Assembly (NCBI GenBank): GCA_964016885.1
Contig: OZ024740.1
Span: forward strand, 376,898,001-376,962,000
Length of the DNA: 64,000 nucleotides
DNA from: Eledone cirrhosa
Lineage: Eukaryota
Direction of reading: 5' to 3'
A program made the position numbers and the translations under genes. Under the pieces are notes generated by a model. It was not told where the DNA came from, searched no databases, and saw nothing but the letters and a program-made list of their open reading frames with translations. Shown here in pieces: positions 54,479 through 64,000 of the stretch (the first letter of the stretch is position 1; each line of letters begins with the position of its first letter).

Positions 54479-55245
54479 TTTTCTTTATTTCCAGAACTTT
54501 TGACTAATTACTTTATTTGGTTCTAATATAATTAATTCGTTTTTCACTAAAATGAGATCTCTTATTTATTATTATATTGATTGTGTTATTTGTTTGTTAG
54601 ATTTATTTCTTCATGGTGACATTTATTGGGACATCACATGTTTAACTTAATTGACTAGCACATAGATGGTTAATAGCTAATTTGTGTTCATCGAAACGCT
54701 AGGTGCAGTATATAATTCCCACCACAGCTCAATAATTTTCTCGTAATTTAGATATGCCTCTATAAATGAAATGACTTGGAAATTCATCTTTCAAGACATC
54801 TAAGAAATCTGATTAAAATGGAAACACCTACGTTTGACATTGTATATGGTATATGGGGCTTTCAAGCTTTTAAGGTTTTAAGTGTCATAAAATAGCTTCC
54901 ATCAAAATGTTGAAACCTTGGCGTTCTCACGTCGCGTATTTTAATTTCAAATGTATAGAACATAGAGGTTTATTTTAATTTTGATCGAAGATCCTGCTTT
55001 GTAGAGATGAAAGGGATATTGTAAAGTCTGCGATTTTAGCCATGGTTTTAATAACTGACGTCATACAAAAAAATTTCAAATTTCAACGAAAACCTTCAAG
55101 GACTTAGATCTCGGTGTAGCGCGAATTTCTCAGAACGGATTAGAGATGTATGAGTTAATTGAGCATTCTGGTTTTATTTCTAATGATAACACTGCATTGC
55201 TCTATGTATCCAGAATGATGTTCCTTCTGCATTCTCTCCCTCCCC

Positions 55246-55278
<33 letters not shown>

Positions 55279-55283
55279 TACAG

Positions 55284-55369
<86 letters not shown>

Positions 55370-55405
55370 ATTAATAAATGGAAACTATATTTATAAAACC
55401 ATATT

Positions 55406-55466
55406 TATTTTATTATATATATTTCAAGGGTACCAAAACTTTGGTACGCCCTCATCAGATAAAATA
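55406..55466 (-). ncRNA. Type I hammerhead ribozyme, intact core, in a solo pLTR
   Basis: tattttat CTGATGA gggcgtaccaaagttttggtaccctt GAAA tatata TA ataaaata (perfect 8-bp stem I); the 3' end abuts (TA)n at ~55367. Confidence 0.85.
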
Positions 55467-56632
55467 CAAAATTTGTTTTTAAAATAGTGACATACCCAGG
55501 AATTAGACCTTAACAGTTCAGGTTCCGTTTGGATAGTGAGAGGAAAGAGGAAAAAATAAGAAAAGAGGAAGAGAGGAAAAAAGAACAAATATTTCAAATT
55601 ATTTTGATGAATATGCAAATGAGGTTGAAGCGTAGGGCTGAAAAAACGTTTTTTTTAGTCGCTAGGTCGACTTAAATAATTATTAGGATATATAAATAGG
55701 AAGAAGAAAGAGAAGCTTATATTAAAGTGTACGTGAATTTACAAATTAAAACGTTAAAAATTAAAAGTTTTTGAAGTGGTAGAATATCAATCAAGAATTT
55801 AAAATGTAAATATAATGAGTTATAATATTATATATATAATCATTATAAATGAGTTATAATATATATATAATCATTATAATTAGATTATCGTTGAAACAAT
55901 TATAATTAGATTATATGAAAAATTATGGTTGTAAGTACACTTTATCTCATTATATTACACCAGGTTATAAATATATAAATATCTATATAGGTAAAATAAA
56001 TATTATTGGTGATTATATATTCTGTTATTTTTAATAGATATAAAACACACATAATTTGTTTACATTTTCAATATATATTACGAAGCATGTTGAGTTTACA
56101 TTTTAAACGAAAGATATGTAGTTCGAATTTTAGTAGAGAAGAACATTTTGTACATTCAAATAGTTTCATCAAAGATTGAAAATATTTACAGAACATTATG
56201 AAGTTATTAAGGAATTACATAGAATTTAGTATATATACTTTGCTACGAAGAATGTCTATGTTTGCTCCATTATAAAGAAAAGATAACTCCAATATTAGTT
56301 GTTAAAGTATTAACGTTATATTTGTCTTATATTTTAGAATTTATTTAGAAAATGCGGAATGTATGTAGTGTAAGATTATAAGGTATTTTATATTACATGT
56401 TTTCAAGGATGAGAATTTCAATTATATATGAATTTAGATACTATCTACGTCTATACATGTGTTAAAAGTTTAAAGGAAGAAAAAATATTATTAGATACGT
56501 CATGAGTGTATTTAGAAAACTATCCTAAAAAGATGATATCATTCCAAATATCAATTAAAAATATCAATCTATAAAAAAACACATTAAGAAAAGTATCATT
56601 TTGAAAAGAATATCATTGGTAAAAATATAAAT

Positions 56633-57190
56633 ATTTCATTTCTCACTCTTAGTACGGCTGATACTTAATATACATATATGTATGTACGTATACATACTTA
56701 TATTTTGGTATCAGCCGTACTAAGAGTGAGAAATGAAATTTCGTTTCATTCTTTTCCATTTATCGTTTTCGGTACGCCCGGCCGACTAACTCACTCGATA
56801 TGCAAATTAGGCTGCTTAGCCGTTAATATGCATAAGAAAAGTATATACTTTCAAACGTTCAATCATCTGACAGAAAGGTATACGGTGCTGACTATAGCTA
56901 ATAAGCTTGAAACTAGCACATCATTCCTGTGTCAGTGTTGAACAAAAGGGCGACGATGGTTGCCGAGCACTCTACGGCGAAATTCGGGCTGTTTGTTGAC
57001 AAACAAACCGAACATTATAATAAATGTTCGGTAAACCCATACGTACATATATATATATATATGTGCATGTATGTATATATATACATACTACTGTACGTCT
57101 GTACACATATATGTATGTACGTATACATACTTATATTTAGGTATCAGCCGTACCAAGAGTGAGAAATGAAATTTCGTTTCACTCTTTTCC

Positions 57191-57196
<6 letters not shown>
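56633..57196 (+). mobile_element. pLTR-like unit: 92-bp direct repeats at 433-bp spacing, 32-bp 5' inverted repeat, degenerate HHR
   Basis: DR 56672-56763 / 57105-57196; IR 56633-56664 / 56708-56739; gttcaa..CTGACAGA aag..ctt GAAA ctagcaca..tgtgtcag TG ttgaac at 56857-56943. Confidence 0.6.
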
Positions 57197-57227
<31 letters not shown>

Positions 57228-59969
57228 TAACAGATTAAAGTTTAAGCAAATAATCGCTGCTTTCACCCTTAACGGGATCTTCTGAAACTAACAAAGTCAA
57301 TCTGTAAACGCAGAAGTGGATATTTCAAAAAACGTTGCAACCGGAGGAAGACAGAAAGACGATACTTTGGTACGTGGAAACGTTCGCTATGCAAATAAGT
57401 ATATATATATATAACTTATAAATAAACATTGATAACGTCATATTGATCTTTAATATTTGGTGGTTGTTAAACTGTTTAATTTAAAGCAAATTAGTGCGAT
57501 TAACATTCCTGTAAGACAAGTGACTGTCACTATCAATAAATATCAAGAGCCGATGCTAGCAGAAGTGTCTTTGAAGTTATAGATGGATCTAAAAGGGAAT
57601 TACGGACCGACGTTATTTGAACGCAAAGTTCAATAGCAAATCAACCAACATGTAATATCAATTTGTAAGTGAAGTCTTTTAATTTAAAATATTATTTGTA
57701 TTACTCAGGCTGCAATGATAAGTCATAACAATATTCTTCGTGCGGAAGTACTACTAAATTACATCATTCATAAAGACTGGGAATTTAATAGAAATGAGGT
57801 GATTTCTTCTGCGGAAGAGACGCCACATTCTATAGTAAATTTAATAGCATAGGACTAAATTTGATTATAATACGGTAGAGAAAACCGCATGATTAATGAT
57901 AATATTTCGCAGACGTTATATTTCATATTCATACTACTTTTACATTTGATGGATCTTCAGTATCTTAACAATATTTTCCCTTTATCAAAATACAATCATC
58001 CTCATGTCGGATTTGTGTTTCTTAAAAGTGGTGGATACACTTACGCTAGTCAAACACTGAAGAATTAAAATGTCATGGATTAGTGATAATATCTATAATA
58101 GCCATACGAACTGAATTCTCAAAAATTATGTTCTTCACGATGTATATGGAAATTATTTATTAATAGTACATTAAAAGTAAGTAGAAAGTGAGAAGGTTAG
58201 TGTGACGTGTATCAGCGAAGGCGTAAAGCAGATATGTTTGTATATGATAAGTGGAGCCACATTTATTTTTTCTGTCATTAAACCTTTCGTGTTGAATACT
58301 ATTCGCAGATAAAGATATGTATTAGATATAATATACATCATTTTGACTACGTATAACAATATAATACGCTTTGCTTATTTAATAAAAGGTTATAAAAGAA
58401 ATCTAGCTGAGACGCTATGGTGTCGGCAGACATTTTGTAATATGGCAACAAATCACATTTAGGTGGGTAATAAAACTCAAATGCATGTGGGACCCAGAAG
58501 AAGGAAGCTAGAAGTAATGTTTTAATTACCAAAACTGATATTTGGTTTCGATCCCATTCTACAGCTAACTCTTTTCACTCTCCACTACAGATACCAATAG
58601 GAAAGGCATAGACGTCGCACCTTCCCATTTCCAAACCGATTCATCAATTCTATATATGAAGTCTGATTATCAAGAAGCGAAAATCAATATCATAAACATA
58701 CATAATCTGTCGACTGAATTTCCTCTATTAGAGTTAGCCGCTAATTTATAATTGACTCTATTGATTTGTGGTGAGAGGTAAATTGGATTTGTGACTTTCA
58801 TCCCTTCATCAAATGAAGTGATAGAAGGAGTGATATTCTTTATCACAATAGTAAGAGAAATTGGTTTGCTCGAAACATACATGCATTTCCAATAGCTTAG
58901 AACGAATGGAGTACTCAAAATTCAATCTATTTTACTCACTGAGTATTTTTAAAGACGTTTCATACACTGAAGATTCTTTTAGCATTCAAAATCACTAAAA
59001 CCATTCTCTAGAAAAATAATATAACTTCAGTAAGATTCAGATCAGGCCAGGCTTCTGTCTGCTACCATGTAACCCAATACAACCTGCTTCATAGTCGAGT
59101 GGTTAGCGTCAAAACCGGCTCCTCTACCTGAGCCGGATCTGGCGAGGATGGTAAGTGGTAACCTAGTAGTACAAAAAACAAGAGCTGTTAAAAGAGCAGA
59201 TGAACTCATGAGAGTCAACGGCCATCCCCCACCCAACGATGGGTAAAATATCCTCACCAACCGACAATTGTCCAAGCATAGGGGAGAACGGCCACACACC
59301 TGACAAGACCAAACCCAAATAGAAAGTGGTGGAGGTCAATAAAATGGGAGTGAGAAAGATTGGAAAATGAAAAGTTTTCCAATCGGTTGTTGGTGAAAGA
59401 GAATATGGTAATTTTCCCAGATATTATCCTGAAGAGCTATAAATCAGAATAATGACCAATGATAAGTGTACAGCAAAAAATGAATCATTCATAATATAAA
59501 AATATCTCCGTCTAATTGCAATATGGTTGATTAAAACTGATATAGGCAAATTTGAAAATAAAATCCTAATATAAAGTATAAGATTCCGAAACACACGAAT
59601 GCCCACAAAATAAGTATAACTATACTGAAAAGAATGAACTGCACACCCACGAATGGGCATATATATATATGGGATGACAAGTTATCGTTTTAGGTTATCC
59701 AGTTAGAGGTTGTGAGTACTCTGTACTTTCGATAGTTTTAAGGTACGGCGTTGTTTGACTCAACAAGTGGTTTCCTTAGTTAGGTAGCGATTTTGCGAGA
59801 ATTCCCATGCGGGTCATTCTTGGAATAATAGTAGTGAAAGAGTGAAGAATAACATGGTCGGCTGTACAAAAAGGGTTTTATTTACAGTATTAACAATGAA
59901 AGGCCGCTGAACACTCGGAATTGAGTCACTCGACCTTAAATACATTGTGTGTCTCTGATCAGTTCATCG

Positions 59970-60065
<96 letters not shown>

Positions 60066-60207
60066 GGGATGTATATTAAAGTATACACTATATGTTTATA
60101 TGTAATAAACATATGGTAGCCTGGCTATCACAAAAAGGATTTTTTCATAGCGAAAACATTATTTTTCTCTGTGAACACGTCACAGATTTTTCAGTAACGG
60201 TCGACAA

Positions 60208-60254
60208 TGTCAGACAGTGCTGTTTCAAGATCCAATAATATTTCATCAGTAACA
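60208..60254 (-). ncRNA. Type I hammerhead ribozyme, intact core
   Basis: tgtta CTGATGA aatattattggatctt GAAA cagcactg TC tgaca. Confidence 0.78.
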
Positions 60255-60548
60255 AACATTGAACCGGTACCGAAATGGAAGTAGGCTGGAAATTTTGCAC
60301 GATGAACAATTGCTGGAGATGCTCATTTGCATACAGTGTTAACTTGGTCGGTTATAATTAATTGTAGTACTAAGACAGTCTTTAAGAATAATAGTGGTGT
60401 ATATGAAGGGATATACTATATGTTTATATTCAATAAACATGTGATAGCCTTGTTACTAAAGAAAAACTATTTTTTCGCAACGAAATAATTATTTTCCTTT
60501 ATTTTTCCCTATGAATATGTGACAGATTTGTCAGTAACAGTCGAGATT

Positions 60549-60593
60549 GCCAGACAGCGCTATTTCAAGATTCGTTAATACTTCATCAGTCAT
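60549..60593 (-). ncRNA. Type I hammerhead ribozyme, intact core, weak stem I
   Basis: atga CTGATGA agtattaacgaatctt GAAA tagcgctg TC tggc. Confidence 0.65.
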
Positions 60594-60930
60594 ATTCACT
60601 CGACCGGTACTGACATAGACTGTGATATGTTCACAGAGAAAAATACTTTTTCTTGGGTAGCGAGGCTACTATATATTTATTGTATATAAAAAATATAGTA
60701 TATGCACCACTATTATGCTTAAACTTCTTTCCTAAATATAGGTTATTTACTGAAAATTGAGGCAATCATCAATATCACTAAGATAAAAAGGCATTTCTTC
60801 AAAACCCAATAAACCACGTGGAAAACAAACAGAGCTAGATCGAACAAAAGAAAATATCTTTCAAACCTTAATTAAACATATAAAAAGGTGATAGATGAAG
60901 AGAAAGACAGATACTATGAAAATACTACAT

Positions 60931-61116
60931 AATTGTTTCTACTTTAGGCACAAGGCCAGCAATTACCCAGTTCATTATTGGTACTTTATTTTATCGACCC
61001 CGTAAGGATGAAAGGCAAAGTTAACCTCGGCGGGATTTGAACTCAGATCGTAAAGGGACGTAACTATGCTGGAAAGCATGGCGTCCGACCCTCTACCGAT
61101 ACTGCCAATCCACCGC
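60931..61116 (-). mobile_element. SINE
   Basis: SINE consensus; TSD tactacataat. Confidence 0.92.
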
Positions 61117-62149
61117 TCTACTACATAATAGCAATGTTCAAGGAAAAGAAAACTATCCGAAGCAATGCATCTTAATGCAACAGCACTTACTTTTATTAAA
61201 GAGTTCAACACTAAACGATTTAAATAAGAATTAGATAAAAAAAAAAAAAAAAGGCTTGGTAACACCTATATGAAATATCAAGAGAAACAAAGCAATTTTA
61301 AAGGAAAATATGGGTAATGGAATTATCCACATCAGCGGAAATGTTTAAAACACAAAGCCGGCACCTGCATAATCGTACACATTCCATGAAAATTAACTAT
61401 ATAAACTATTGGAAACAACAACGAAATAATAGACATTCAAACTGCAAGATGAAGCATCTAGTGTTTATGCATAAAGTATTCACAAAAATTATTCTGAAGG
61501 AAAAAAACACACATCTTAATTCCTACGGTTTACAAAGCAATAAACCATACAAAACTGCATAGCTATACACTGCCGTCCTAATTCATACGAAGACTTACCG
61601 ACAATATTATCGTGAAGTGTTACTCACCAAAGAAATAATGTCATATTTCCAGCAGAATGCAAGTGATATGCTATTGTCTAGTATGCATGTGAAGTTCAAA
61701 TAATGACCAACGAAGTCATAAATGAAGTCGGCATATGGTGGATTGATTGCAAGTAGATTTATACATCGTTCTGCAATTGTAATTCGTGAAACTTTATCAG
61801 TCAGGAAGGTAATACCAATAACAAATGTATGCATCAAATATTCTATCAATAAATTAAAAACAATTTTGCAGATTCAACAAAGGAATAAATTATAAAATGA
61901 AACTGAACAATACTAGAAGAGAAATACCTTCATTCTTTCTTCCTTTTTCCTTTTTTTTTTTTTGTCTGCTGTGAAAACATCACTAATCAAAATTCTTTTA
62001 AATACGAAAACACCTGTAACCAAATTATTCCTGAATTCCAAATGCAAATACTATGCCATAACAATAAACCTGTATATGTACAGCTTCATATCAGTTAAAA
62101 ACATATAGTGAACCCATAGAAATAGGAAAATCAACTGCGGATTATGGTA

Positions 62150-62560
62150 AGGTTGAATGTCATTGCTTGTGACTACCCAGTATTTGCCAGTGTAGCACAG
62201 CGGGAGCTATCGCACTATGGAAATTGTGCCAGTATTACTAGAATAGTATTATGGAATAGCAACAGACAATATAAATTCGCATCACTAGATGTTACAGATA
62301 ATAACAAAATTACAATACTCTGAGATATGCCAAATCAAACATTCGGAGAAATTAAGTTATATTGTCCAGATACTATTATTAACGAACACCAGGCAAAACG
62401 ATATGTTCCAATCGCTGTATCAATTCCAATGGATGACAATAGAAGAAATAGAGAAACTATTAAAATATTGAGAATTGAAAAAAGAAACATAATAGGTTTC
62501 TTGGAAATAACCAACAGGATTTACACATATACCCTATAGTGCAAATATCCATACAAGGCA
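62150..62560 (+). mobile_element. Very decayed R4-type RLE remnant
   Basis: CPDTII..K..IAVSIPMDDN followed by EKLLKY in the adjacent frame. Confidence 0.45.
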
Positions 62561-62647
62561 CTGCAGACATATAATGTAGAGTAGTTTCAATGCAATAGAA
62601 ATGAAAATCACAAAACGCAAAACTCAAACTAAACGTTGCACATAAAT

Positions 62648-62812
62648 AATTGTTTCTACTTTAGGGACAAGGCCGGCAATTACCTCAGTGCATTACTGGT
62701 GCTTTATTTTATGGACCCCGTAAGGATGAAAGGCAAAGCTAACCTCGGCGGGATTTGAACTCAGAACGTAAAGGGCAATAACTCTATGCTGCAACCGATA
62801 CTGCCAATCCAC
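62648..62812 (-). mobile_element. SINE with internal deletion
   Basis: SINE consensus. Confidence 0.88.
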
Positions 62813-62944
62813 TAGTCACACGGGTCTTACATCAAGAAAACATAGGACGACTAGGACGATACTGTGTGACTTTTTGCGTGTAAAAGAATCCCACAGTCGG
62901 AGATAAACATCTGGGTTCACAGTTAAGGAAAAGCGGGAAACATC

Positions 62945-63145
62945 ATAGCCCCAGTGCATGTTTTCGCATCATCAGCCACAATATGCACAGTGCTAGGTGT
63001 TGACAGTAAATGGACCACCTGCCATTGGCACGCGTCCCTTCCACAACAAGTGAAAGGACAAACATTCCAGTGCAGTCAGACGTTGACCAGGACATGGCAC
63101 GATGGTCAAGCTGTTGTAGATGATGGATGCGATGTAGTACATGTT
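62945..63145 (-). mobile_element. Tx1/L1-clade RT thumb fragment
   Basis: YIASIIY.SLTIVPCP..L..LE.L.F.LLWKGRVPM, frameshift, SIYCQH..WLMMRKHAL. Confidence 0.6.
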
Positions 63146-63427
63146 ATCAATACTGAAAGGAAGAATGACAAAGTTGACATCGATGGGTATTGAATTCATT
63201 TCGTAAAGAGTCGGAACTACAGTATTAATATAGAGTACTAGTAATGTTGCTATCTTCACCCTATTGATGCATTAAGTGTGGCCGAAACTCGAGTGCAGGT
63301 ACCCATTTAAGTGTGTTGTATTGAAGCAATAACTATGAGTCTACTCTGGAATTTTACATCACATTACCTATTGAGTACGCTGAGATGCAACCGGTATTAG
63401 CAGTGAAACCCATGCTAGTCCTGTCAA

Positions 63428-63466
<39 letters not shown>

Positions 63467-63489
63467 ATGTATGTATGTGTGTGCGTGTG

Positions 63490-63565
<76 letters not shown>

Positions 63566-63588
63566 CACACGCACAAAAAAATGAGGTA

Positions 63589-63678
63589 TCCTCTTGATAA
63601 GTCGGCAGACCTCGCAAAGACTCTATATCTTTATGATGTATTGTTTTTGTTTATGCCACGAAACTACGTAGTCGAGGA
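63589..63678 (+). ncRNA. Hammerhead-like motif with TTGATAA core (U3/A8)
   Basis: tcctc TTGATAA gtcggca...tgccac GAAA ctacgtag TC gagga: perfect stem I and palindromic stem III. Confidence 0.65.
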
Positions 63679-63927
63679 ATTTAGGAGCAGTTTAGGTATG
63701 ATACATTTTATTACTAATTATATCTAAATGTTTCTTCTCTCTTCATAATGTATTTTTAACTCTGATACTGGTGCAGTCTGATTCAACCGGATTGGTCTGT
63801 CCCAGTTATTCATTGAGCAACATCGGTAAGGTTGGCACCATTAACTCACGGTTGGGTGTGGATGCATTCATGTATATGTGTGTGTCCGCATGTATCTGTG
63901 TGTTTCTAAATATATTGTTATATATAC

Positions 63928-64000
<73 letters not shown>

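Larger units (their letters stand above)
60063..60723 (-). mobile_element. Retrozyme-like or tandem-pLTR array: two ~340-bp units, each with an HHR, plus an inverted partial copy
   Basis: tcatcag at 60243 and 60583; homologous blocks 60082-60270 / 60412-60610; 60620-60723 is an inverted copy of ~60381-60524; abuts (TA)n. Confidence 0.75.

Noticed and set aside
55700-56620. AT-rich stretch that looks like decayed coding sequence
   Set aside because: Stops in all frames and no recognisable domain motif.
57709-57798. AG/GT-bounded segment AAMISHNNILR.. resembling the acyl-CoA synthetase motif after TSGTTGxPK
   Set aside because: No upstream TSGTT exon or downstream conserved motifs found; probably chance.
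55612-60333. Octamer ATGCAAAT near several pLTRs
   Set aside because: Isolated octamers also occur at unrelated sites (e.g. 4178, 4681, 6241) and are expected by chance in AT-rich DNA.
62958-62975. CTGATGAtgcGAAA on the minus strand
   Set aside because: No stems; it lies within the Tx1 coding remnant (WLMMRK).

Overview
AT-rich, microsatellite-dense eukaryotic non-genic DNA. The abundant tRNA-derived CORE-type SINE resembles octopus SINEs, so a cephalopod origin is likely (inference). I found no convincing host protein-coding gene, and most ORFs in the track are translated microsatellites. The window is a graveyard of non-LTR retroelements: three well-supported Penelope-like elements (PLEs; two Naiad-like with GLYRDD RT and a CxC/CxxC/CRH-type GIY-YIG, one of another clade) and fainter PLE remnants; a Tx1/L1-clade element in a (GATA)n repeat with a 14-bp target-site duplication (TSD); CRE-, R4/Dong- and RTE-type fragments; and about 20 SINE copies. 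The main hidden layer is RNA structure. By eye I read about 17 type-I hammerhead ribozyme (HHR) motifs, about 10 with intact CUGANGA/GAAA/UH cores. They occur in PLE pseudo-LTRs, in two tiny ORF-less head-to-head inverted cassettes, in a 340-bp tandem retrozyme-like unit and as orphans, mostly abutting (TA)n. A twister-like structured motif also appears twice. All structures were read manually; none were computed or tested.
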